Of a stretch of DNA of 24,000 nt, positions 1 to 8,420 are shown in pieces (position 1 is the first letter of the stretch; the number at the start of each line of letters is the position of its first letter). Where the stretch lies: NCBI RefSeq assembly GCF_031312535.1, contig NZ_CP133594.1:1817934-1841933 (forward strand). The letters are read 5' to 3'. The position numbers were made by a program, and so were the translations under genes. Below the pieces are notes generated by a model, which was not told the origin of the DNA, made no database searches, and saw only the letters and a list, made by a program, of their open reading frames with translations. The stretch comes from Methanolobus mangrovi. GTDB lineage: Archaea > Halobacteriota > Methanosarcinia > Methanosarcinales > Methanosarcinaceae.

Positions 1-1
1 A

Positions 2-709
2 GAAGACTTTACAACCGACATCCCTGATGAACAGAAAACACTGTTCGAGTATGACGACGAAAATAAGAACATCAAAATAGTCGTTGACCAGAGGGAGATA
101 CGCAGCTCTGTTGCCCGCAACCTGGACAGGAAAGGTGTAGAAATAATTGTCAAGACCCTTGAGGTAGGCGACTACATCCTGAGTGACCGCATAGCTGTTG
201 AGAGGAAGGAATCACAGGATTTTGTCAGTTCAATGATAGATAAAAAGCTCTTCGAGCAAATTGCAAACCTATCCAGAGCGTATGAAAAACCGATACTCAT
301 TATTGAAGGTGAAAGCCTGTTCAATTGCAGAGGAATGAATCCAAATGCAATTCATGGTTCATTGACCTCAATATCCCTTGATTTTGGTGTGTCCCTATTC
401 TACACTCGTGATGCTGAAGACACAGCAGCCCTGTTATCCCAGATAGCAAAAAGAGAGCAAGTAGATGAAAAAAGAGAAGTGAACATGCATGGGAAAAAAT
501 CTGCACCTATGTTACCACAGCAACAGGAATATGTCATATCGTCAATCCCGGATATCGGACCAAAGGCAGCTCGCAGTCTGTTGGAACATTTCGGCTCGGT
601 GGAGGATGTGATGAAAGCAGATTATGAAGAATTGATAAAGGTCGATAACATCGGACCGAAGACCGCAGCCAGGATAAGAGAAATTGCAGGCAGCGAGTAC
701 AAAAGATAA
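2..709 (+). CDS. hef: Hef/XPF-family structure-specific nuclease, C-terminal ERCC4 nuclease plus (HhH)2 part; 5' end lies outside the window
   Basis: The frame of tracked ORF 233..709 is open back to nt 2. Translation from nt 2 gives ...IVVDQREIRSSVARNLDRKGVEIIVKTLEVGDYILSDRIAVERKESQDF, the ERCC4 nuclease core with the ERK motif. Two helix-hairpin-helix motifs follow (IPDIGPKAARSLLEHFGS, VDNIGPKTAARI). TAA stop at 707-709. Confidence 0.85.
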   Translation, partial: EDFTTDIPDEQKTLFEYDDENKNIKIVVDQREIRSSVARNLDRKGVEIIVKTLEVGDYILSDRIAVERKESQDFVSSMIDKKLFEQIANLSRAYEKPILIIEGESLFNCRGMNPNAIHGSLTSISLDFGVSLFYTRDAEDTAALLSQIAKREQVDEKREVNMHGKKSAPMLPQQQEYVISSIPDIGPKAARSLLEHFGSVEDVMKADYEELIKVDNIGPKTAARIREIAGSEYKR

Positions 710-753
710 AGTTCAATTCAAAAATAAAGAGTAGAGTGAATATTCATCCACGC

Positions 754-1230
754 CTACAGCGAGTTACGCATTTTGACTACAATTTCCATGCAACGATCTA
801 TCACATCGAGATACTCCGTTACCCTTCTTGCATCAGACTCATCCTGCATTTCGCGTGCTATTGCAAGCATCTTGTTAATCATCAGGGATTCCAGATCCAG
901 AACAGAACCCTGTAATGGGGCTGCACTCGCTGCAAATTCCGCTTTTGATCTCTTTTCAGGTAAAGCTTGACCAGCGACTGCCGCAACAGGAGATTCCTTT
1001 TCTTTTACAGGAGAAGGTTCAGGTTTTGGAGACGGGCGGGAAATTGTAGCTGAAGTTGGCTGGCCAGCCCCCCGGGGATCGCGAACATCATCACATACAG
1101 GACATAAAACACGCCCCTGGTAACGGAAGAGAGGAGCACCGCAATTATCACAATGTTGTGCCAGCATTGTACCTCCAATCTCAAGCATCTTTGATATTTT
1201 CTGTATATTATCATCATCAGTATTTGACAT
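754..1230 (-). CDS. Zinc-ribbon protein of the UPF0148 / autoantigen p27-like family
   Basis: 158 aa. The N-terminal MLEIGGTMLAQHCDNCGAPLFRYQGRVLCPVC matches the p27-like CxxC...CxxC ribbon. The middle is low-complexity and P/S/A-rich. A TATA-like TTATATATG on the minus strand lies about 25-30 nt upstream of the ATG. TAG stop. Confidence 0.7.
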   Translation of the reverse strand: MSNTDDDNIQKISKMLEIGGTMLAQHCDNCGAPLFRYQGRVLCPVCDDVRDPRGAGQPTSATISRPSPKPEPSPVKEKESPVAAVAGQALPEKRSKAEFAASAAPLQGSVLDLESLMINKMLAIAREMQDESDARRVTEYLDVIDRCMEIVVKMRNSL

Positions 1231-1348
1231 ATTATCTCCTTGTTTTTCAAAACATATATAACAATGAAAGTCTTTTTATAGAATATAATTATTTAGGAGC
1301 TAATTAAGCAATCCTATTTTGATTTTAAGGTTATCAAGGTGATCCTAC

Positions 1349-1615
1349 ATGTCAAGTTTTGAACAAGTCATTGATGAATGTAAGCAGAAGTTGGAATATA
1401 TCGCAAACGATAATTCTGTGCCAAGAAATATAAGGCGCTCTGCAAATGAAATTCTAGATACATTGAATAAAAAGGATGAACCTCTCTTTTTGAGAACATC
1501 ATCCAGCATATCCATTCTTGAAGATATAAGCAACGACCCTAACATACCTGTCCACACAAGGACACTCATATGGGATGTTGCAAGCCAGCTCGAGACCATT
1601 CCGGTCGACGAGTAA
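1349..1615 (+). CDS. Small conserved archaeal protein, UPF0147-like
   Basis: 88 aa. ATG is preceded by GGTGAT (SD) 5 nt upstream. The sequence ([16 protein letters not shown]...[15 protein letters not shown]) has the size and repeated helical motif I associate with UPF0147. The family call is from memory only. Confidence 0.6.
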   Translation: MSSFEQVIDECKQKLEYIANDNSVPRNIRRSANEILDTLNKKDEPLFLRTSSSISILEDISNDPNIPVHTRTLIWDVASQLETIPVDE

Positions 1616-1779
1616 GCAAGCCAGGAAGTAATTATTCATTATTTCCTTTTCAATCTTTTTTAATTTGGATTTTGTTGTTGCACTTACAGCAATATTTTAT
1701 GAATAAATTTTTTCCCGGTTTTTGCGTAAGCTTTCGAAAAAGTGTTTATACCAGACTGCAAATGAACTAAAGGATTGTA

Positions 1780-2415
1780 ATGATCAATAACATTTCCAGC
1801 AGAATAAAGGACAAATTCGAGGAAAAAGACAAAGCCAGAGAGAGCACTCTGGCGATTTCCAGGGATGTCGTACGTAATTGCAGGACTGCAATGTACAGCA
1901 TACATAAAAAGGATTTCAAAAAAGCCAGTTCGTTAATTGAAAAGGCTGCAGAAATGCTTGGAAAAATGAACTCCTTGCTCCAAACTCATCCCGACATATA
2001 TTATGCCGGATTTCTGGAACATGCACAACAGGAATTTGTTGAATGTACGATAGTTTACGGAATACTCAACAAAGAAAATGAAGATGGAACAATACCAGGT
2101 CCAGAGGAACTTAATGTAAGTGATGTTGCATACCTGAATGGTCTTGGGGACGTGAGCGGGGAACTCAGAAGGCATATACTTGACCTTATCAGAAAAGGTC
2201 AGCCCGAAGAAGGAGAAAGCCACCTTCGGCTGATGGAAGATATCCATAATTGCCTGATGATGTTTGATTATCCTGATGCAATGACACATGGACTCCGCCA
2301 TAAGACTGACACGACAAGGTCCATCATAGAGAAAACCAGAGGAGACCTTACAAACGCAATCCGTCAGCAAAAGCTGGAAAAGGCCATGAAGGAATTCGAA
2401 AGCAGAATTAATTAA
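1780..2415 (+). CDS. Translin-family protein (archaeal translin-like)
   Basis: 211 aa and all-helical. The motif YLNGLGDVSGELRRHILDLIRKG matches the translin GxxDxxGEL(M/R)R signature. A TATA-like TTTATA lies about 31 nt upstream of the ATG. Confidence 0.6.
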   Translation: MINNISSRIKDKFEEKDKARESTLAISRDVVRNCRTAMYSIHKKDFKKASSLIEKAAEMLGKMNSLLQTHPDIYYAGFLEHAQQEFVECTIVYGILNKENEDGTIPGPEELNVSDVAYLNGLGDVSGELRRHILDLIRKGQPEEGESHLRLMEDIHNCLMMFDYPDAMTHGLRHKTDTTRSIIEKTRGDLTNAIRQQKLEKAMKEFESRIN

Positions 2416-2445
2416 ATCATATTAATAACATTACGAGGTAAATTT

Positions 2446-4065
2446 ATGAAATTCAATCCTGATGATATCAAAAAAGCAGCAAAAGAGGATTTTGATGCTG
2501 CATGGAACATGGGGAAGAACTACATCAGTGAAACAAAGCTGAATGAGCAGTACCCACATATGACCCTCAAATACGGAAAACCACACCCCGTATATGACAC
2601 CATCTCAAAACTCCGTGACGCATACATGAGAATGGGATTCGAGGAAATGATGAACCCGCTCATAGTGGACGAGAAAGAGGTTCACAAACAGTTCAGCCAT
2701 GAGGCACTTGCTGTTCTTGACAGATGCTTCTACCTATCAGGACTCCCACGCCCTAATGTAGGCATCTCCGATGAACGTATCAATAGTATAAAAGAGATAC
2801 TTGGAGACATCGATGATGAAGCCATTGAGACCATCAGGAAGGTCCTTCACTCATACAAGAAAGGAGATGTGGAAGGAGATGACCTTGTACCTGAGATAGC
2901 TGCCGGTATCAATGTCTCTGATTCACTTATTGTGGAAATGATTGACCAGGTTTTCCCGGAGTTCAAGGAGCTCATACCACAGGCAACAAAGAAGACCCTC
3001 AGAAGTCACATGACATCAGGGTGGTTCATCAGCCTTTCATCTATTATCGAACGTGCAAATCCGCCATTCAATTTCTTCTCCATTGACCGCTGTTTCAGAA
3101 GAGAACAGGACGAAGATGCCGCACGCCTCATGACATACTACTCCGCATCCTGCGTAATAATGGATGAGAACGTCACAATAGACCACGGTAAAGCGGTCGC
3201 TCAGGGCTTGCTTTCACAATTCGGTTTTGAAAAGTTCATGTTCAGGCCTGATGACAAGCGCAGTAAATACTATGTCCCTGATACCCAGATAGAGGTATTT
3301 GCATATCATCCTAATCTGGTCGGTTCTAAGACCAAATATTCCGACGGATGGATAGAGATAGCAACCTTTGGTATTTACTCGCCTACAGCCCTTTCCCAGT
3401 ACAATATACCATATCCTGTGATGAACCTGGGACTTGGGGTTGAAAGGCTGGCAATGATACTTCACGATGCAACTGACATCCGTTCACTCACATACCCACA
3501 GATACCACAATACTCTGAGTGGAAGATGACCGATAACGAGCTTGCAAGGATGACATACATAGAGAATGTCCCCGAAACAGAAGAAGGCAAAGAGATCGTA
3601 AAAGCAATTGTAGCGGTTTGTGAAGAGTATGCAGCAACCCCAAGCCCATGTGAGTTCCCTGCATGGGAAGGAAGCATCAATGGAAAGACGGTAAAAGTGG
3701 CAGTCATTGAGCCAGAGGAAGAAACTAAACTCTGCGGACCTGCTCTGTTCAACGAAGTGGTTACCTATAACAGCGACATTCTTGGAGTACCTGATAACAA
3801 GAAATGGAAAGCAGTACTGGAGAATCATTCTGCAAGGACCGGCGTGAGATTCCTTGATGCATTTGCATGCCAGGCAGCAAAGGACATAGAGGATGCTGTT
3901 GCAAACGGAGAGAGCGAAGTCGAGACAAGAGTAAGGATAGTGAAAGTACCTTCTGAGATCAACATCCGCCTTGAGCCTCTTGCACAGCGTTACATCACAA
4001 GCAACAAAAAGAAGATAGACATCCGTGGACCGGTATTCACAACTGTACGGGCAACCATCGAATAA
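2446..4065 (+). CDS. sepS: O-phosphoseryl-tRNA(Cys) synthetase (SepRS)
   Basis: 539 aa, collinear along its whole length with Methanocaldococcus jannaschii SepRS as I remember it. Shared segments include RMGFEE..NP.IVDE, LAVLDRCFYL.GLPRP.VG.SDE, LRSHMTSGWF, FSIDRCFRREQ, LMTY.SASC, GLLSQFGF, VMNLGLGVERLAMI and IDIRGPVF. GAGGT SD upstream. Confidence 0.95.
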   Translation: MKFNPDDIKKAAKEDFDAAWNMGKNYISETKLNEQYPHMTLKYGKPHPVYDTISKLRDAYMRMGFEEMMNPLIVDEKEVHKQFSHEALAVLDRCFYLSGLPRPNVGISDERINSIKEILGDIDDEAIETIRKVLHSYKKGDVEGDDLVPEIAAGINVSDSLIVEMIDQVFPEFKELIPQATKKTLRSHMTSGWFISLSSIIERANPPFNFFSIDRCFRREQDEDAARLMTYYSASCVIMDENVTIDHGKAVAQGLLSQFGFEKFMFRPDDKRSKYYVPDTQIEVFAYHPNLVGSKTKYSDGWIEIATFGIYSPTALSQYNIPYPVMNLGLGVERLAMILHDATDIRSLTYPQIPQYSEWKMTDNELARMTYIENVPETEEGKEIVKAIVAVCEEYAATPSPCEFPAWEGSINGKTVKVAVIEPEEETKLCGPALFNEVVTYNSDILGVPDNKKWKAVLENHSARTGVRFLDAFACQAAKDIEDAVANGESEVETRVRIVKVPSEINIRLEPLAQRYITSNKKKIDIRGPVFTTVRATIE

Positions 4066-4756
4066 GAATGAACTGGACCACTGGTTCGACCCTGGTTCCC
4101 ATACACTGAAAGAACTTAGAAAACTTCAGGAAACAGCCATACATAATTTGAGTATTGTGGATGGCTATGAGAAGATAGACAGGATAGCTGGCACAGACTG
4201 CGCATATTTCGATGATAAGATCATCTGTGTGATGGTTGTCCTGGACTATACAACCCTTGAAGTCATAGAAAAGAAATATACCGTACAGAAAGTGGTTTTT
4301 CCATATATTCCCACCTACCTGAACTTCAGGGAAGGAAAAGCCATTGCTTCTACTTTTTTAGAACTTGGGAACAAGCCGGACATAGTGATGTTTGACTCCT
4401 GTGGCATCAATCATCCTACAAGAGCAGGAATGGCAAGTTATTTCGGAGTTGTAATGGATGTACCGACAATAGGTGTTTCGAAGAAGATACTTTGTGGCAT
4501 TTCAGAAACACCTGCAGAAGTTGAAGAATCCCGGAAGTTGATATACGACGAGGAGCAGGTTGGCTGGTTACTGAAAAGCAATAAAAGGAGTAATCCCATA
4601 ATAGTCGCACCCGGACATAAAGTATCTCTGGAAAGCTGCCTGAAAATTGTAAAACATTGCCTGAAAGGATACAAGCTTCCCGAACCTACAAGGCTTGCAC
4701 ATATGTATGCAAATGAAGTAAAGAAATTCGTGTCAGGAAGAGAGGTCAAAGAATGA
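4025..4756 (+). CDS. nfi: Endonuclease V (deoxyinosine 3' endonuclease)
   Basis: Collinear with E. coli Nfi. Shared motifs are IAGTDCAY (catalytic Asp region), PYIPTYLNFREG, DSCGINHPTRAGMASYFGVVMDVPTIGVSKK, IIVAPGHKVSL and CLKGYKLPEPTRLAH. The only in-frame start upstream of the conserved N-terminal helix is GTG 4025, 41 nt inside sepS, so the start is uncertain. Confidence 0.85.
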   Translation: MDRYSQLYGQPSNKNELDHWFDPGSHTLKELRKLQETAIHNLSIVDGYEKIDRIAGTDCAYFDDKIICVMVVLDYTTLEVIEKKYTVQKVVFPYIPTYLNFREGKAIASTFLELGNKPDIVMFDSCGINHPTRAGMASYFGVVMDVPTIGVSKKILCGISETPAEVEESRKLIYDEEQVGWLLKSNKRSNPIIVAPGHKVSLESCLKIVKHCLKGYKLPEPTRLAHMYANEVKKFVSGREVKE

Positions 4757-5379
4757 ACTCATGCAGATATCCCAATATTAAGGCGCTCATGGACAATGGT
4801 CAACCTGTGTGCATCACGCTATGTGAAGATGAAGGCAGCACATCTGACCTCCTGTACTGTGAACTTGTACATATGGCAAGAACCGGAGACTCATTCTGCA
4901 TAGAACACCAGCGATGCAGGCCGGGAGATTATATATTGGGCATAAGTGAAACCAGTCCTGCAGACTATTACCTGAAATCTCACAGGTACAAAGACCTGAA
5001 GACTGCAGAAAATGCTGTGAGTTCCCTTCCAAGAATAAAAAAAGGGTTCAAATCCTTAAGAATTGAGCCATTGAAAGAAAACGAAGGGAAATTCGATGTA
5101 CTCCTGCTTTATCTCAAACCGGAAAGAGTAATGAAGATAATACAGGCATATGCATACCATAACGGTGAAGGGATCACATCAAGATCCATTGGTGCAGCAT
5201 CCATATGCGGTGATTGTACTGCAAGACCGCTTCAGGAAGGAATTGGCATATCCTATGGATGCAAAGGTTCAAGAAAACATAGCGGCTATCCTAATGAAGA
5301 AGTACCTATCGGCATAAGTTATGAATTGGTAAACACAATAGAAGAGGGATTAAAGAATATCCCTGCAACATTTGACTGA
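4753..5379 (+). CDS. Conserved archaeal protein, probably DUF169 (COG2043-like)
   Basis: 208 aa. The ATGA overlap with the nfi stop suggests translational coupling. The C-terminal part (CGDCTARPLQEGIGISYGCKGSRKHSGYPNEEVPIGISYELV) resembles the DUF169 pattern. The family call is from memory. Confidence 0.5.
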   Translation: MNSCRYPNIKALMDNGQPVCITLCEDEGSTSDLLYCELVHMARTGDSFCIEHQRCRPGDYILGISETSPADYYLKSHRYKDLKTAENAVSSLPRIKKGFKSLRIEPLKENEGKFDVLLLYLKPERVMKIIQAYAYHNGEGITSRSIGAASICGDCTARPLQEGIGISYGCKGSRKHSGYPNEEVPIGISYELVNTIEEGLKNIPATFD

Positions 5380-5388
5380 ATTCTTATT

Positions 5389-5778
5389 TTATCTGGCATT
5401 GTAGAGTGGAATCTCTTCCGCATCGACCTTTGTAGCCTCACCTATCGTATTGTTCAGCACCTTACGCACACGTGCAATACATTTTGGGTCAAGCTGCAAC
5501 CTGAGGCTTGTGGTCTCACGTTCTTCGTAGTAAAGCTCACTGCTCTGCATCAGACGATGAGTAGATATCTGATGCCTGACCAATTTTGCAACTACCCCCA
5601 TACTTCCGCCTGTGAGGTCCTCAGGACTTGTGTGTGTAAGTAATAACATATCACCTACATTCAGATGCAAAGCAGCCATGAAATTATAAGGGTTTCTTAT
5701 TTCAATAGTAAGAAGCCGGTTTTGCCTTAGTTCAGATATAACACGTTCAGATATTCCTGTTAAAGCAACATATTCCAT
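5389..5778 (-). CDS. Hypothetical protein (129 aa), second gene of a pair with the PAC2 chaperone gene
   Basis: The ATG start lies 4 nt after the stop of the upstream PAC2-like gene on the same strand. I recognise no family. Coding is supported only by length, coupling and unbiased composition. Confidence 0.5.
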   Translation of the reverse strand: MEYVALTGISERVISELRQNRLLTIEIRNPYNFMAALHLNVGDMLLLTHTSPEDLTGGSMGVVAKLVRHQISTHRLMQSSELYYEERETTSLRLQLDPKCIARVRKVLNNTIGEATKVDAEEIPLYNAR

Positions 5779-5782
5779 GCTA

Positions 5783-6544
5783 TCACCCGTACATAGGGAA
5801 CTCTTTTCTTGGCCCTGCTGGCTGTTCAGCGGTCCTTACATCCTCAGCCAGACGCTGCATTTCTATTTCGATCTTCTCTGCCTGTTCAATAAGGCTTTCA
5901 GTATCGATCTTTAAGTCATAAAGAATGTTCAGGACATCAATCACTACTGCTGCTGCCCGTGGATCCGGATTCTGGCTCATGGTAGAACCCAAAAGACTTA
6001 TTGCGGGCATTTTACGCACAAAGCATTCACCCATGATACTGCCGGATATACCGGAAATTGTGCCCATCTGGAAAAGTTCTACCTTATCCCTTATCCGTTC
6101 CAGCATCTCAAGGGTTGTTGCAGCACCAAAGACCTTGTGGTCTTCACTCATGGTTGCGATGCCTGCGAGGGAGACTATTTCCTTGACGTTGATGGCTTGT
6201 GCCCAGTCCAGAAGAGCTTTACTTATATCGTAGGCCACTACCGGATTGATAGGGATATCGGAAACCACCATCACCATGTTATGTTCCACACTTTCATATA
6301 TCCTCACAGGCATGTTTATAAGACCTTCATAGAGGACTGCAATGGGTGGGAAGTGTCTTGAGTCAATGGAACCAAGGTAGTCCATCTTCAATTCGTCAAT
6401 AATCTGCTGGCTTGCAATATTACCTACAAGACCGATTCCCGGAAAACCCTCTACTAAAATAGGATTCTCTGATTTTATATCTGTGGTTATGATCTTTACA
6501 TTGTTATTATCATAATCTGTTACTGCCAAACTATCACCTTTCAA
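5783..6544 (-). CDS. PAC2-family proteasome assembly chaperone (PbaA/PbaB-like)
   Basis: The N-terminal PILVEGFPGIGLVGNIASQQIIDEL is the PAC2 hallmark. The tail is acidic/helical and ends in a hydrophobic-Tyr-X type terminus (FPMYG). No ATG is available. Candidate starts are TTG 6544 or TTG 6529, the latter 3 nt after a GGTGAT SD. Confidence 0.75.
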   Translation of the reverse strand: MKGDSLAVTDYDNNNVKIITTDIKSENPILVEGFPGIGLVGNIASQQIIDELKMDYLGSIDSRHFPPIAVLYEGLINMPVRIYESVEHNMVMVVSDIPINPVVAYDISKALLDWAQAINVKEIVSLAGIATMSEDHKVFGAATTLEMLERIRDKVELFQMGTISGISGSIMGECFVRKMPAISLLGSTMSQNPDPRAAAVVIDVLNILYDLKIDTESLIEQAEKIEIEMQRLAEDVRTAEQPAGPRKEFPMYG

Positions 6545-6676
6545 AAATACGACTTGCTAAACTCCCTTATATTAATATAACAGCCAGCTTATAGATAAGA
6601 GCATCGTTTGCGTTCATTAATTAAACTTATATGTGAGAAGCAGAGCAATTGTTATTCAGAAATCAAAGGTGATAAC

Positions 6677-7270
6677 GTGGATAAATCAATAACATATTTT
6701 GATGATGTAGGTAAAGCAAATACAGAAGAAGTAATGAAATTATCTGCAAAAAGAGCAGCAGAACTTGGAATAAAACATGTGGTCCTGGCGAGCACAAGCG
6801 GTGAGACAGCACTTGTGGCTGCAGAAGCATTCAAGGATCAGGACGTAAAACTGATCGCTATAACCCACCAGTATGGACTGAAGGAAAGCGGAAAATGGGA
6901 AGTTGACGAGGATAAACTGAAGAAACTGAACGAACTGGGAGTCGTAATGACCACACAGTCCCACATGTTCTCAGGTGTCGAGCGTGCAATCTCAAACCGC
7001 ATTGGCGGTGCAAGTCGTGCTGACGTAATATCTGATACATTGCGTGCTGTTTTCGGAAAAGGATTCAAGGTAGCCATTGAATCTGCAATGATGGCTGCAG
7101 ATTCAGGACATATCCCGGTTTCCCCTGAAACAGAGATAATAGCTATAGGTGGAACTAGACAGGGTGCTGATGTTTCAGTTGTGCTCAGGCCTGCGCATTC
7201 TTTCGATTTCTTCAGCATTCAGGTAAGAGAAATAATAGCAATGCCAAGGGCTAAGGAAGAGCCAAAATAA
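6677..7270 (+). CDS. Pyruvate-kinase C-terminal (alpha/beta) domain-like protein
   Basis: The tracked ORF starts at TTG 6608. GTG 6677 is preferred because AAAGGTGAT lies 3 nt upstream. The motifs KHVVLASTSGETALVAAEAF...VKLIAITH and IIAIGGTRQGADVSVVLRP resemble the PK_C fold pattern. A hairpin terminator follows. Confidence 0.55.
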   Translation: MDKSITYFDDVGKANTEEVMKLSAKRAAELGIKHVVLASTSGETALVAAEAFKDQDVKLIAITHQYGLKESGKWEVDEDKLKKLNELGVVMTTQSHMFSGVERAISNRIGGASRADVISDTLRAVFGKGFKVAIESAMMAADSGHIPVSPETEIIAIGGTRQGADVSVVLRPAHSFDFFSIQVREIIAMPRAKEEPK

Positions 7271-7295
7271 GCCCTGCTTCAGAATAGATAATAAT

Positions 7296-7318
7296 GCCGG
7301 ATCATCCGGCTCTTTTTT
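7296..7318 (+). terminator. Hairpin plus T-tract terminator after the 6677..7270 gene
   Basis: GCCGGA-tca-TCCGGC forms a perfect 6-bp stem (7296-7310), followed directly by TCTTTTTT (7311-7318). Confidence 0.6.
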
Positions 7319-7320
7319 AA

Positions 7321-7500
7321 TCACTTCTGCTCATCCGTTTCAGGAATAACAGAAGGTTCCTCTTTATCCAATGACCCATCCTCTTCACCTTTATTGTCAA
7401 TGGAATTCATGACTATGTAACTTTTAAGGAAATAGGCAGTGAGGAGAACAAATACAACAAAGAGAGTAATAGCGATCAATATCACAGAAAAAAGGTCCAT
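7321..7500 (-). CDS. Possible small single-pass membrane protein (59 aa), below the ORF-track cut-off
   Basis: Hand translation gives MDLFSVILIAITLFVVFVLLTAYFLKSYIVMNSIDNKGEEDGSLDKEEPSVIPETDEQK*. It has one clear hydrophobic helix and an acidic tail. ATG 7500 follows the mtd terminator T-tract directly. No SD or promoter is seen, so it is tentative. Confidence 0.3.
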   Translation of the reverse strand: MDLFSVILIAITLFVVFVLLTAYFLKSYIVMNSIDNKGEEDGSLDKEEPSVIPETDEQK

Positions 7501-7531
7501 AAAAAGAAAAAGTAAGTACCTTAAAGGTACT
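7501..7531 (-). terminator. mtd terminator: perfect palindrome abutting the stop codon, followed by a T-tract
   Basis: The minus strand reads TAA-AGTACCTT-T-AAGGTACT-TACTTTTTCTTTTT. The arms are 8 bp (7515-7522 / 7524-7531), followed by an oligo-T run at 7501-7512. Confidence 0.55.
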
Positions 7532-8353
7532 TTACTGTGGCTTCTCGTAGAGAGCTGTCTTGGTCATCAGGTGGCCTTTCTTTGCGTGTGGCTGTCTGAA
7601 GACACTGTTGTTTGCTTTCTCGATCTCTCTTGCGTCGATTGCCAGCTGTGCTGCTGCGCGCATCATCTCATGACCTGCTGCTGTTGTGAGAGTAACCTGC
7701 TCGATCTCCTTCATCATGAAGCATGCAGGGAAGTTGATCTTTGCGACCATGTCAGCCATGTGAAGAGCTGCAAGTGCCTTTGCCTTTGCGTATGGGTTGC
7801 TGAAACCTGCTCTCTCGATACACTTCTCTGGCTTTGCGAGGATGTGTGGGAGTTCGAGTGCCTTGCCTTCGTCTGCCATTGCGGCAACTTTGTCGAGCTC
7901 TTCCTGAATAAGTCTTACAACACCACATGTTGAAAGTACTTTCATTGCGTCAGAGTTGAATGATGCCATCTCTACAGGGTCAAGGAATTCGGTCTTTGCG
8001 CCGATGAGTGGGTCAACGGTCATGATAATGTAACCAAAGCCTGCTTCCTCAAGTGCTGCGCGGTCTTCCTTCTTTGTTGGACCGTCTGAGATAACGATAC
8101 ATGGAACATCCTTGTATATCTCACGTGCTGCTGTTGGGCCTGGTGCACTTGAGTTAGGGCTGATCATTACGTAGAAGTCAGCATCGAAGTTTTTGAGTTC
8201 TTCTGTTGCTGCTGCTTCGTCTTTACCCATTTTAGGACCGGTTCCGAAAGAACGGATAGTAATTCCTTCTCTTGCTGCGATCTCATCCTGAACGAGGTCT
8301 ATAACCTGGCTCATACCTAAGTTACCGAGTTTAATAAATCCAATCTTTGCCAT
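7532..8353 (-). CDS. mtd: F420-dependent methylenetetrahydromethanopterin dehydrogenase
   Basis: 273 aa, collinear with Methanopyrus/Methanosarcina Mtd. Shared segments are IGFIKLGNLG.S, SAPGP..ARE, GFGYI, EFLDPVEMA..N.D.MKVL...GV.R..QE, ENPYA..KA.AAL, AHEMMR.AA.LA..ARE.EK.N..V.R.PHA. Confidence 0.95.
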   Translation of the reverse strand: MAKIGFIKLGNLGMSQVIDLVQDEIAAREGITIRSFGTGPKMGKDEAAATEELKNFDADFYVMISPNSSAPGPTAAREIYKDVPCIVISDGPTKKEDRAALEEAGFGYIIMTVDPLIGAKTEFLDPVEMASFNSDAMKVLSTCGVVRLIQEELDKVAAMADEGKALELPHILAKPEKCIERAGFSNPYAKAKALAALHMADMVAKINFPACFMMKEIEQVTLTTAAGHEMMRAAAQLAIDAREIEKANNSVFRQPHAKKGHLMTKTALYEKPQ

Positions 8354-8367
8354 GTAAAATCACAGTA

Positions 8368-8420
8368 GTGCAATGGACAGAGTAGCATATATTATTTTTG
8401 GAATAACACTTCCATTGCAC
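8368..8420 (-). promoter_or_regulatory. 10-bp perfect inverted repeat bracketing a TATA-like AT-rich box just upstream of mtd
   Basis: GTGCAATGGA (8368-8377) and TCCATTGCAC (8411-8420) are exact reverse complements, 33 nt apart. The spacer reads AAAAATAATATATG on the mtd strand. A second TATA-like TTTATAAT lies at about 8436-8444. The left arm ends 15 nt before the mtd ATG. Confidence 0.4.

Noticed and set aside
3214-3828. Minus-strand ORFs 3214..3465, 3462..3752 and 3484..3828
   Set aside because: They are antisense to the full-length, strongly conserved sepS gene.
6608-6676. N-terminal 23-codon extension of the PK_C-like ORF from TTG 6608
   Set aside because: There is no SD before TTG 6608, whereas GTG 6677 has AAAGGTGAT 3 nt upstream. 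The extension (MRSLIKLICEKQSNCYSEIKGDN) looks non-conserved.
7439-7933. 164-aa Cys-rich plus-strand ORF (many CC/CxC motifs) that could pass for a metal-binding protein
   Set aside because: It lies entirely antisense to the unmistakable mtd gene. The cysteine richness mirrors the abundant GCA/GCT (Ala) and ACA codons on the mtd strand, and there is no start context.
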